DNA of 64,000 nt, from assembly GCA_963796955.1 (NCBI GenBank), contig CAWCNJ010000008.1:500067-564066 (forward strand), written 5' to 3'. The stretch is from Endomicrobiales bacterium. GTDB lineage: Bacteria; Elusimicrobiota; Endomicrobiia; Endomicrobiales; JALOBY01. The translations under genes were made by a program, and so were the position numbers. Under the pieces are notes generated by a model. That model saw only the letters and a program-made list of their open reading frames with translations. It was not told the origin of the DNA and made no database searches. This document shows positions 19,401 through 28,699 of the stretch, piece by piece (the stretch's first letter is position 1; the number at the start of each line of letters is the position of its first letter).

Positions 19401-19622
19401 TCAGACAGAGTAAAACTCTTCTATCTCAACTTGTATATCATTTAGAATAGACCTTAGAAGCCCTCTACCCAGGCCTTCGCCTTTGTGTATTGGAACAACC
19501 GTTGATCTGCCGTCTTGGTGTTCCCAAAAGCTGTGACTGCCTTTCTGTCTAATCATGATAAAGCCTAGCTTTTTGAGTTTTTTGCAGACATCTCTTGCGG
19601 GAAGAGGGTGAAGCCTGGTCAT
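19401..19622 (-). CDS. hicA: HicA family toxin
   Basis: LGF..RQKGSH..GRSTVVPIH..LGRGLLRSIL. Confidence 0.93.
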   Translation of the reverse strand: MTRLHPLPARDVCKKLKKLGFIMIRQKGSHSFWEHQDGRSTVVPIHKGEGLGRGLLRSILNDIQVEIEEFYSV

Positions 19623-19843
19623 ACGGCCATCTCTATATGTTGAACACCTACGAATTCGGTACGTTCAAGACGTTCGTGCTTAGATTTCATAACCTCAACA
19701 CATAGTTCAATAGCCTCTTTTACGCGTGTCATCAGTATAGGCATTGTTTTCGCCTGAGTATGACAACCGGGCAAATCTGGTACCTTTGCAACTAGCATTC
19801 CGTCTTCGTCTTTCTCAATAACGACTATGAATTTCCTTGTCAT
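19619..19843 (-). CDS. hicB: Short HicB family antitoxin (no DNA-binding domain)
   Basis: EKDEDG..VPDLPGCHTQA..VKEAIEL. Confidence 0.92.
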   Translation of the reverse strand: MTRKFIVVIEKDEDGMLVAKVPDLPGCHTQAKTMPILMTRVKEAIELCVEVMKSKHERLERTEFVGVQHIEMAV

Positions 19844-19909
19844 AATACCTCCTGAATATTTTTCTAATTTTATAATATATTCCCGCCATTATCAATAAAA
19901 CTTCTTATT

Positions 19910-20938
19910 TTAAAAACCTAACTGGCCGCAGGCGGCGCCAATGTCGAGTCCTTTGGGTTCGCGTATTATTACGGTGCAGCCGCGGCGGAGTAAGTAGGAC
20001 TCGAAGAGTTCTATTGTTTTTTGGTTGGGGCGTTTCCAGCTGGATTTTTCTACGGGGTTGAAGGGGATGAGGTTTATTTTCATAATGGCGAAATCGCCGC
20101 CGCATTCTTCGAAGAGTTCAAGGAGTTTGCTTGCGTGTTCCTGGGAATCGTTCAGGTCGGCGATCAATATGTATTCTATTGTAAGGTGGCTCTTGGTGCG
20201 TTTGGCGTATTCAAGGCCGGCGCTTAATATTTCTTTGGTGGTATAGGGGACTTTTGACGGGATTATTTTGCGGCGTGTTTCATCGTCGGGGGCGTGCAGG
20301 GAAATGGCCAGGCGGACCGTGGTGTGCAGTTCGCAGAGGTCTTTAATTCTGGGAACTATGCCCACTGTCGATAGTGTTACGTGGCGGCGGCCTATGCCGA
20401 GGTGGTTTATGTCTGTTATAACGTGCAGGGCGGCTACTACGTTGTCGTAATTAAGCAGAGGTTCACCCATGCCCATAAGCAGTACGCCTTCTATGCTGTT
20501 GCCGGTGTCCTGGCGAACCCTGAGGATCTGTTCTATTATTTCGCCCCTGGTCAGGTTGCGGCCGAATTTTTCGCGGCCGGTAGCGCAAAAATAACAGCCT
20601 ACCGGGCAGCCCGACTGGGTGGAGATGCATATTGAATTTTTAGAGCCGCGGGGCAAAAGCACAGTAGACAGCGGAAGATCGTCGGCGGTTTTAAAGTCAT
20701 ACCTGACAGAGCCGTCTCTTTTGGAGGTGGTCTTCTTAACCAGCGTAAGACCATACAAGGAGTACTTCATGGAAAGTTTTTCACGCAGCCCGGCGGAAAG
20801 ATTGGAGCACTGCTCGAAGCCGGTGACGCCTTTTTTGTAGACCCACTCCATAAGCTGCACGGCGCGGAAGGGGCTTTCCTTCCAGGCTTCTAAAACTTCT
20901 TTAAGTTGTTTCGGCTCAAGGTCGAGAAAGTATTTCAT
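19910..20938 (-). CDS. rlmN: 23S rRNA m2A2503 radical-SAM methyltransferase
   Basis: CxxxCxxC (GCPVGCYFC), MGMGEP, AACGQL. Confidence 0.95.
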   Translation of the reverse strand: MKYFLDLEPKQLKEVLEAWKESPFRAVQLMEWVYKKGVTGFEQCSNLSAGLREKLSMKYSLYGLTLVKKTTSKRDGSVRYDFKTADDLPLSTVLLPRGSKNSICISTQSGCPVGCYFCATGREKFGRNLTRGEIIEQILRVRQDTGNSIEGVLLMGMGEPLLNYDNVVAALHVITDINHLGIGRRHVTLSTVGIVPRIKDLCELHTTVRLAISLHAPDDETRRKIIPSKVPYTTKEILSAGLEYAKRTKSHLTIEYILIADLNDSQEHASKLLELFEECGGDFAIMKINLIPFNPVEKSSWKRPNQKTIELFESYLLRRGCTVIIREPKGLDIGAACGQLGF

Positions 20939-22263
20939 TTAGTTTTTACCAATTTTACGGCGAAGAAGCCGTCCATGTTCTGTTTGTGTGGCCACGTTCT
21001 AAAGTAATTTTTATCGCCGGACAAAAGTTCAACCGGCAAAATCGTGTCCAGCTCAACCGGGGCAAAACCCGGGTTATCTGCCAGGAATTGTTCTATTACC
21101 TGATTGGTCTCCTCGGGCTCATTGGTGCAGGTACTATAGATTATTGAGCCGCCGGCTTTGACCAGCGTTGATAAATGGCGCAAGAGGGTTAGTTGCACGG
21201 CAGGGTATTTTTTTATTACATCAGCCTGCGCGCGGTTCCATTTTATGTCCGGTTTCTTACGCAGTGTGCCGATTCCTGAGCAGGGGGCGTCCAGCAGCAC
21301 GGTATCGAATGTGCCGGTGAATTTCGCGGCATCAGCAACGGCGGCTTCTGCGCAGGTAACACCCATGCGGGTGAAAGTTTCTTGTGCCTGGGATATGCGC
21401 CTTTTGTCGGTATCAATAGCGGTGATAGAACATTTGTTATCGGCGAGAGCAGCGATATGGGCTGTTTTAGTACCGCTGCCGCAACAGGCATCAAGTATTG
21501 TTTGCGCACTTATCGGCTGCACTAAATGGGCTATCATCTGGGAAGCTTCGTCCTGCACTAACAGGGAACCGTCGTTCATGCCGGAAAGCAGTTCAAGCTG
21601 GGGATTAGCGGCTTCCAGGTTTATGCCCTCCGGAGAAAATTTGGTGCACTCGGCGGAAAACTCGGCCGGGATCGAAGCGATGGCTTTCTCACGGGAAGTT
21701 TTTAATGTGTTAACACGCAGGGTAAGATAGCCGGGATCGTTGTTGGCGATACACATAAGTTCTGTTTCGGTTACACCGAACCTGGAGAACCAGCGCTTTA
21801 TCAGCCAATGCGGGTAAGAATATTTAAGGGCCATGTTCTCGGCGGTATCGGCGGAAAATTTGGACATCAGATCGGTTTCTTCGCTCAGCCTGCGCATAAC
21901 GGCGTTAACCATGCCGGAAGCCTTCGCTTTGTGACAGGCCCGTGCAAGTTCCACGCTTTCGTTAACGGCGGCGTAGGGCGGCACGCGGTCGCCCATGAAC
22001 ATGAGTTGGTAGATGCCAAGACGCAGTATCGCGCGGACAGTAGCGTCCGTATGCCGTACATCTTTCAGGCGGGAGTTAGCGATGAAATCAAGGGTGTTCA
22101 TGCGGCGCACGACGCCCCATACTAAGGAACGAGCAAAGCCCTTATCGGGGCATTGCTTGCCGTGTTCGTCAAGAACTGAATTAATAAGCTGGCTCAGGTT
22201 GGTTACTTCAGGTTTATAGGCGGCAAGGATACGTACCGCAAGCTGTCTTGCCGTTTCTGCCAT
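20935..22263 (-). CDS. rsmB: 16S rRNA m5C967 methyltransferase
   Basis: NusB-like N-terminus, VQDEAS, DAPCSG.G, YSTC. Confidence 0.94.
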   Translation of the reverse strand: MAETARQLAVRILAAYKPEVTNLSQLINSVLDEHGKQCPDKGFARSLVWGVVRRMNTLDFIANSRLKDVRHTDATVRAILRLGIYQLMFMGDRVPPYAAVNESVELARACHKAKASGMVNAVMRRLSEETDLMSKFSADTAENMALKYSYPHWLIKRWFSRFGVTETELMCIANNDPGYLTLRVNTLKTSREKAIASIPAEFSAECTKFSPEGINLEAANPQLELLSGMNDGSLLVQDEASQMIAHLVQPISAQTILDACCGSGTKTAHIAALADNKCSITAIDTDKRRISQAQETFTRMGVTCAEAAVADAAKFTGTFDTVLLDAPCSGIGTLRKKPDIKWNRAQADVIKKYPAVQLTLLRHLSTLVKAGGSIIYSTCTNEPEETNQVIEQFLADNPGFAPVELDTILPVELLSGDKNYFRTWPHKQNMDGFFAVKLVKTK

Positions 22264-23159
22264 TAATATACGACCTTGGGTATGTTGAACTTCTTTTCTT
22301 TCATCTGTTCAGACATCGCCTCAAGTTTTTCTATGCGGTCTTCAAGGGGCGGATGGGTAGAGAACAAATTAAGGAACGCCTTGCCGCTGAGCGGGCTTAC
22401 TATGAACATGTGTGCCGTCGTCGGGTTGGGGTTGGCTACCGGGTTTAGTTTTATACCCGCCGTAAGTTTGCGAAGCGCGTTAGCAAGAGCAAGCGGATTT
22501 TTGCAAAGCGCGGCTCCGTCAGCGTCAGCCTGATATTCTCTGGAACGCGATATCGCCATTTGTATCATCATCGCAGCTATAGGCGCAATGATCGCGACGA
22601 CCAGCATCATAATAAGGCCGGCGTTGCCGTTGTTGTTATTGTTATCGCCGCCCCTGCCGCCGAACATCATGCCCCACTGGGCGATGCGGGCCAGCATGAA
22701 TATTGCGCCGGCTATGGTTGCAGCCATTGTCGAAGTAAGTATGTCGCGGTTACGTATATGCGAAAGTTCGTGGGCCAGCACACCCATAAGTTCATCGGGG
22801 CTGAGCAGCTCCAGTATACCGCTGGTAACCGCCACCGCTGAATGAGCAGGATTACGGCCCGTCGCGAATGCGTTCGGCATAGGGCTTTGCATAATATAGA
22901 CGCGCGGCATCGGCAGGCCGTCTGCCGTGGCAAGGCGCCGTACCACTTCAAATATCTTTGGTGATTCAATTTCAGTCGTTTCTTTAGCGCCATACATCAT
23001 CAGCACTATTTTATCGGAAAACCAATAAGAGAAAAAGTTCATAACCGCGCCGAACATAAAGGCCATCATCATACCGTGCCGGCCGCCTATCGCGCCGCCA
23101 ATAATGATGAATAGTATTAACAACGCAGCCATCAACAAAAATGTTTTAAATGTGTTCAT
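22263..23159 (-). CDS. htpX: Zinc metalloprotease HtpX
   Basis: [28 protein letters not shown]. Confidence 0.96.
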   Translation of the reverse strand: MNTFKTFLLMAALLILFIIIGGAIGGRHGMMMAFMFGAVMNFFSYWFSDKIVLMMYGAKETTEIESPKIFEVVRRLATADGLPMPRVYIMQSPMPNAFATGRNPAHSAVAVTSGILELLSPDELMGVLAHELSHIRNRDILTSTMAATIAGAIFMLARIAQWGMMFGGRGGDNNNNNGNAGLIMMLVVAIIAPIAAMMIQMAISRSREYQADADGAALCKNPLALANALRKLTAGIKLNPVANPNPTTAHMFIVSPLSGKAFLNLFSTHPPLEDRIEKLEAMSEQMKEKKFNIPKVVY

Positions 23160-23264
23160 TGGTAACCTCCCGCATTTATAACAGCATCGTACGAAACCCG
23201 AGTAGCGAACAGTAGGCTGTGGAAAGTTTAGCTTTCAATTTTAAATACAAATACAACATGTTGA

Positions 23265-24188
23265 TTATATCAATTTATCGCCGGGCTGTAAATGAAGGCC
23301 TTGGACATAGGACCAGGCTGACATGGCCTTTTTATTGGCGGGGTGAACTTCCGTTACCAGCAGCGCTGATTCACCGCAAGCTACCACAATACCTTTTTCT
23401 TTAACAAGTTCAATTACCTCGCCAGGTCTGCCCGAAGAACTGTTCACCGTTGCGGATAATATCTTCAGGGTTTCCCCTTTAAGAGTGGTGTATATGCCCG
23501 GCCATGGTTTTGTGCCGCGCATCAGGTTAAATAGTGTCAAAGCGGGTTTTGTCCAATCTATGCGGCCGTCTTCTTTTTTAAGCTGGGGTGCGAATGTCGG
23601 AGTGCCCTCCTGCTTTTTTTCGGTGCAGTTGCCGGCCTGTATCTGTTCCAGGGTGTTGAGCATGTCCTGTACGCCAAGTTCCGTCAGACGGTTCAGCAGG
23701 GCCGGGGCGTCTTCCTGAGGCATTATCGCCGCTTTGGTCTGGGAAAGCACCGGGCCGCTATCAAGGGTTTCTTCAAGCCAGAAAATAGAGACGCCGGTCT
23801 CGCGCTCGCCGTTAATAAGCGCCCACTGGAACGGCGCAGCGCCGCGGTAGTGCGGCAACAGAGAAAAATGAATATTGAAACAGCCGTAGGTCGGAGCGGA
23901 AAAAACTGAACGAGGTATAAGCTTGCCGTATGCCACCACTACGCCGATATCGGCCTTTAATGAAGCGATCATGTCGGCGGAACTCTGGTCCAGTTTGGCA
24001 GGCTGCAGCACGGGGATATTTTTAGAGGCGGCGCAGATCTTCACCGGAGGAGAAGCAAGCTGCATTTTGCGGCCGGAGGGTTTATCGGGTTGACACACCA
24101 CTGAAACAACTTGGTGCCCGCCTTCTACCAATGCTTCCAGGAACGGTACGGCTACCTGCGGCGTTCCGAAAAAAATTACCTTCACCAC
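23265..24188 (-). CDS. fmt: Methionyl-tRNA formyltransferase
   Basis: FFGTP, VAYGK, NIHFSLLPHYRGAAP, LDSGP. Confidence 0.96.
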   Translation of the reverse strand: MVKVIFFGTPQVAVPFLEALVEGGHQVVSVVCQPDKPSGRKMQLASPPVKICAASKNIPVLQPAKLDQSSADMIASLKADIGVVVAYGKLIPRSVFSAPTYGCFNIHFSLLPHYRGAAPFQWALINGERETGVSIFWLEETLDSGPVLSQTKAAIMPQEDAPALLNRLTELGVQDMLNTLEQIQAGNCTEKKQEGTPTFAPQLKKEDGRIDWTKPALTLFNLMRGTKPWPGIYTTLKGETLKILSATVNSSSGRPGEVIELVKEKGIVVACGESALLVTEVHPANKKAMSAWSYVQGLHLQPGDKLI

Positions 24189-24691
24189 GTCCCTTCTTTT
24201 TTGCGGCGTTTTATCTCTGTCTGCACGTATTTTTTGTCAGCCGCGGAAATATGTTCTAAAAAGGTTTTTCCATCAAGGTGGTCTATCTCATGCTGCAGCA
24301 CGCGGCTGAGAAACTGTTCGGCCTCCAGCGTGAATTCCTTTCCTGCCAGGTTCCTGGCGCACACGCGCACCTTGCGGCAGCGTTTTGTTTTTACCAGCAT
24401 ACCGGGAAAAGACAGGCAGCCTTCTTCATCGGTAATTTTGCCTTCTGTTTTTTCTATCCTGGGGTTTACCAAAACCATTGGCAGGCGCTTGCCCTCGGGG
24501 CGTATATCTATAACGCACATGCGCACCGGGACGCCGACCTGGTTGGCGGCAAGGCCTACCCCAGGCGCGGTGTACATGGTTTCAAGCATATTGTTGGCAA
24601 GCTGTATGATCTCAGGCGTAACAACGTCAATATTTTTGGTCTTCTGCCTGAGCACCGGCTCGCCGTATTTGCAGATCTTAAGTAGTGCCAT
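24182..24691 (-). CDS. def: Peptide deformylase
   Basis: GVGLAANQVG, EGCLS, QHEIDHLDG. Confidence 0.97.
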   Translation of the reverse strand: MALLKICKYGEPVLRQKTKNIDVVTPEIIQLANNMLETMYTAPGVGLAANQVGVPVRMCVIDIRPEGKRLPMVLVNPRIEKTEGKITDEEGCLSFPGMLVKTKRCRKVRVCARNLAGKEFTLEAEQFLSRVLQHEIDHLDGKTFLEHISAADKKYVQTEIKRRKKEGTW

Positions 24692-24772
24692 AACGAAATT
24701 TTATCAATTCCCCGGAGAAAACGCAAATTCGTTTGAATTACGTATTGAAAAAATATATACTGAACCTATTAT

Positions 24773-25339
24773 ATGAAACAAAACTTCAAAAAGAAACAAA
24801 GATCCGGCACACAAAAAAACACGGCCGCGACCGCACAAGCTGCTATTTCCGCAGACAACGGCAAATGGCTTACCGCGTTAAAGATAGTAGCAGCCGCGTA
24901 TGTTTTAGTTTCCTGTTATCAGTTGTTTAACCTCGCGGCAGGGCAGAGGTGGTATTACGATGTTTTTGACTATCTTCCTAAAGAAACACTGGATCTTCGT
25001 TACGCTTTTTCTTTTTTCTGGAGTTTGCTTTGCGTTGCGGCGGGGATCGGCCTGTTCTTTTTGAAAAAGCCGGCACGTATCGCGGTAATGGTGATCAGCG
25101 GTCTGACGATGGCGGCTGCATACTGGCGGCATCCGTATGCCGCCCTGCTGAAACATACCAGGGAACTGGATCTGCGATTTCCTACCATGTTCGCCGGGAA
25201 CGACGCGCTGGTGGGATTTTCTTTCGCCAAACTTACGGGTGTCGTTATTTTTCTTCAAATAACCACCGATGTGCTGCTGTGCTCGGCCCTGATCTACTTT
25301 CTTACCCGCCCGAAAGTTAAATGTTTTTTCTCATCTTGA
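24773..25339 (+). CDS. Hypothetical 4-TM membrane protein
   Basis: Four hydrophobic segments, C-terminal YFLTRPKVK..F; the only + gene right of dif. Confidence 0.65.
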   Translation: MKQNFKKKQRSGTQKNTAATAQAAISADNGKWLTALKIVAAAYVLVSCYQLFNLAAGQRWYYDVFDYLPKETLDLRYAFSFFWSLLCVAAGIGLFFLKKPARIAVMVISGLTMAAAYWRHPYAALLKHTRELDLRFPTMFAGNDALVGFSFAKLTGVVIFLQITTDVLLCSALIYFLTRPKVKCFFSS

Positions 25340-25799
25340 TACTGAAAATACCTTTTTCTTCGATCTCCTTACCCTGCAGCTTAAAACCCATTGCCTGATA
25401 GGACGGAACCGCAAAGCGCGATGATTGCACCCAGATCTCGCGCGCACCGTTATATTTTTCTTTTATCATTGAGATAGCCCGCTGCAGCAGGGTTTTACCT
25501 ATACCCTTTCTATGGTACTGACTGTCGACAAAGAAGAGATTGATATGGTTACCGTCGCGCATCACCAGTGTTCCCACCAGAGATTTACCGATCCAGGCTG
25601 TCAGGAAAATACTGCCTTCAGCCCCGGTGCGTTCAGCCAGCGCCTCGGGGGAGACAATGCTTATAAAAAGATCGATCCCTTCATCCGTAAGGTCTTCGGC
25701 GATGTGCGCGCGGAACTCGCGCATTATAAGCACGGAAACCCACGGTTCTTCCCCCGGTGTCAGCTCGCGTATGGTCAGGTCGGTCAGGGTCGGTGTCAT
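25317..25799 (-). CDS. GNAT family N-acetyltransferase
   Basis: FVDSQYHRKGIGKTL, SSRFAVPSY..GF. Confidence 0.9.
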   Translation of the reverse strand: MTPTLTDLTIRELTPGEEPWVSVLIMREFRAHIAEDLTDEGIDLFISIVSPEALAERTGAEGSIFLTAWIGKSLVGTLVMRDGNHINLFFVDSQYHRKGIGKTLLQRAISMIKEKYNGAREIWVQSSRFAVPSYQAMGFKLQGKEIEEKGIFSIKMRKNI

Positions 25800-25814
25800 T
25801 ACTGTTGTCTCCTA

Positions 25815-27956
25815 TTATTTCGGAAGGCTTTGCAATCTGGCCCGTACTTCGGCTTTGTCCCTCGGATCGGTGGTCATGGTGTAATACGCCTCGAAGGCAC
25901 GCCGTGCGTTTGCATTGTCCCCGCCTTTTTGCAGGGCGAGGCCCATATTGTAATAGGCGTTCAGATAGTTGGGAGAGCGCTGCAGCACTGCCTGAAAGAT
26001 CGCGGCCGCGCGCATCGGCTCATCCTTCATCGCGATAAGCCCCAGTTCGTTGCCGGCGTCGGCGTTACTGCCGTGCTCCCAGGACCACGTAAATTCGGTC
26101 ACCGCTTCATCCATCATGCCTGAGGCTTTCAAGGCGCAACCGCGGTTGAAATGCGCCGAGGGCGATTGCGGCTCTTTGGCAAGCACCTGGGTGAACCATT
26201 TCAGGGAATCCTGATAGTTACCCTGCTGGAAAGCAAGCGTACCCAGATTATTTATCGCGGCATTGAGGAACGGCTCAACCGCAAGAGCGTGCGAGTATAA
26301 TATGAGCGCCTCATCATATCTTCGCAGCGCCGCGAAAGCAAGCCCCAGGTTGTTGTAGGCGGCAGAGTAATACGAAACGATATGTTGCGAAAAGAAATCG
26401 GCGCCGGTTACCGTCCGCAACTCACCCCGCATTGCGTAAAACTGAAAGGGTAACTGAGTCGGGGCGTATTCCCCTTTTGCGCTGAGCCGGTAAAGAACGC
26501 CGGCGGGATAGCTTAAAAGGTCGGACGGGAATTTTGCCGGTAGGTCGGCGTAAACGGCGCGCAAAGCCTGGTTGTAGACCAGCAATACCCTTGAAAGTTC
26601 TTCCCCGGAGGCGATATCCCGCGACGGCAGCAGTTCCGGATGCAGGCGTTTTAACTCATTGTATCCCCAGCGGGTCCGGTAATAGGACACGAGCGAAATG
26701 TCTTTGCGCTTGCCGCAGACGGTCTGTGCATAGGTGGTGATAAAAGCCGATGAATCGTCGGGATCGTACAGCATGGCGCCCGGCTGCATGGTAACGCGCA
26801 CGTTCCGCCCGTAATCCCACGCCCGGTAATCAGTTCTATAGCTGCACTCCGCCAGATGCAGCCCCAGCGAGCCGGCGGCGATAAGAACAGCGGCCGCCAG
26901 CCGTGTGCGGGCGACGGTCATGGAGGCAAAACCGGCTGCTATAAAAATAGCGAAAAAAACATTGGGCAGCACCATATGCGGCTCAAGTATGGGAAGTGTT
27001 GTGATCTCGGATTCCGGCAGATTTGAGATTATTATGAACAACGGACCGCTGAAGATCAACGCGCCGAGACAGAACTGGAAGAAGCGTTCCTTGCGGCGAG
27101 ACCAAAAACCCCATAGCCCGAATATGACGCCGGGCAGTGTGAACTGGGTTATGAGTATTTTAGTATAGAGCAGCAAGTGTTTATTTATCCCGCCAAACGA
27201 CCAGCTGAAATTGCTTTCTTCAGGGTGCAGCCGCATGCCGCCGTAATCCGCCCGGGTAACAACGCGCAGCAGGTTATGCAGGTTGGCCGGATGTCCCCAA
27301 TCCGCCGCCGGGTAACCCATAGAGCGCAGGGGCAGGAAAAGATATATTGAAAGGCCGGCTGCGAAAAACAACGCGGACATTACCATATTTCTGGCCGTGA
27401 GCGCATCGTTCTTCCAGGCAAGCCAGGCGAAAGCCGGGAACACGAACAATATTGTTTGATGGCTGGCGCAGGCGAGCGCGCCGATGAAAGCAGCGCTCAG
27501 AATCAATGGCGTGCTTTCCTCAGCAGGCCGGCGCTGTGAGACACGCAAGGCGAGCAGCAGAAGAATAGCGCCGAAAAGACCGTTGAGAGAATACATTTCC
27601 GAAACCTGACTGAGCCGCCAGAGGGCGGGTGCCTGGGCGAACATAATGACCGCTGCAAGTGTTACCATCCCCCCGCCGACGATAATTCCGTCCAGCGCGC
27701 AGGCGACCATAGCCGCGGCCGCGGCGCCGAATAGCGCTGAAAGTACGTTCATGGCATAGCCCATATTGCCAAAAGGCATAAGTTCCCTGAACGCCTTGCC
27801 CGCCAGCGCATACAAAGGGTACCCGGGCGGGTGCGCGATACCCAGCGTAGCGGCCGCTACTACCAGGTCACCCGAATCGCGGTAGGGCGCAACCGTAGGG
27901 TGCAGGGTATATAGATAGAGCGAAAAGACCGCGCAAAATACGGCGACGTAACGCAT
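25815..27956 (-). CDS. DUF2723/TMEM260-like polytopic glycosyltransferase with C-terminal TPRs
   Basis: DSGDLVVAAATLGIAHPPGYPLY, EMYSLN, YLFLPLRS, TPR repeats. Confidence 0.85.
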   Translation of the reverse strand: MRYVAVFCAVFSLYLYTLHPTVAPYRDSGDLVVAAATLGIAHPPGYPLYALAGKAFRELMPFGNMGYAMNVLSALFGAAAAAMVACALDGIIVGGGMVTLAAVIMFAQAPALWRLSQVSEMYSLNGLFGAILLLLALRVSQRRPAEESTPLILSAAFIGALACASHQTILFVFPAFAWLAWKNDALTARNMVMSALFFAAGLSIYLFLPLRSMGYPAADWGHPANLHNLLRVVTRADYGGMRLHPEESNFSWSFGGINKHLLLYTKILITQFTLPGVIFGLWGFWSRRKERFFQFCLGALIFSGPLFIIISNLPESEITTLPILEPHMVLPNVFFAIFIAAGFASMTVARTRLAAAVLIAAGSLGLHLAECSYRTDYRAWDYGRNVRVTMQPGAMLYDPDDSSAFITTYAQTVCGKRKDISLVSYYRTRWGYNELKRLHPELLPSRDIASGEELSRVLLVYNQALRAVYADLPAKFPSDLLSYPAGVLYRLSAKGEYAPTQLPFQFYAMRGELRTVTGADFFSQHIVSYYSAAYNNLGLAFAALRRYDEALILYSHALAVEPFLNAAINNLGTLAFQQGNYQDSLKWFTQVLAKEPQSPSAHFNRGCALKASGMMDEAVTEFTWSWEHGSNADAGNELGLIAMKDEPMRAAAIFQAVLQRSPNYLNAYYNMGLALQKGGDNANARRAFEAYYTMTTDPRDKAEVRARLQSLPK

Positions 27957-27959
27957 TTT

Positions 27960-28689
27960 CTAAATTTTCCTTTTACCTGCTTTCTTTATCGCAGAAAATA
28001 TGTCTTTGGGAACGGGAATACCGTCCGGCGCCGTACGTGCAGTACATAAAGTGCAGATGTGTCGGCGACCTTTTCGGCCTGGCATTCTTTCCGGTACGTC
28101 CGACAGTGCCGAGCACATCGCCCGGCCGTACCAGCGTTCCAAGCTCTACCGCAATGTCTTTCATGTGTGCGTAATAATATAATCCGTCGCTCGCCATATC
28201 GTAGACCCAGACGTAGTTGCCGCCGCGGATCGGGTTATCCGGCGTCCAGCCGGTATTCTTCCCGACAACGATCCCGAACGAGGCGGAAACTATGTTGACC
28301 GGCTTATGCGTTTTGTCGTCAAGACAATCCTGGTTCTTATCATGGATGAAAAGATCAGCGGCAGGATGGCCCGCGTGTTTAGTGCCGGTAAAGAAGTCAT
28401 ATTTCGTGGCAACATAATACCGCTCCTGCCCGGCGGAGGTATACCCCTCCAGCGGGTACACCAACTCTTTTTTCAGAAACTCCCTGCCGCTCATGTTCTT
28501 AAAGAAATTTATCAGTTCGTTGTGCAATAATTTGAACTCCGCTATAGCCATGGGCCGTGCGATAGTCCCGTCCCGCACCTGTTTTTCGGCCGCGTCCCAC
28601 CGGTCAACTATCTGTGTGTCGGTAAGAGCAAAACATTTGGAAACCATTAACATAGAAAACAGCACAAGCAAAATTTTCGCAGCTCTCAT
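27960..28689 (-). CDS. M23 family metallopeptidase, secreted; probable frameshift near 28030
   Basis: Signal peptide, HPAADLF, YYAHM, HLHF; plausible C-terminus DGIPVPKDIF.. lies in an adjacent frame. Confidence 0.8.
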
Positions 28690-28699
28690 ATTTCCTCTT

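Noticed and set aside
18084..19900. Integron cassettes or IS-borne island
   Set aside because: No attC sites, integrase, transposase or target-site duplication recognised
19910..20560. DGR variable region or recoded segment in rlmN
   Set aside because: No reverse transcriptase or TR/VR pair; the bias is at synonymous positions and the protein motifs are intact
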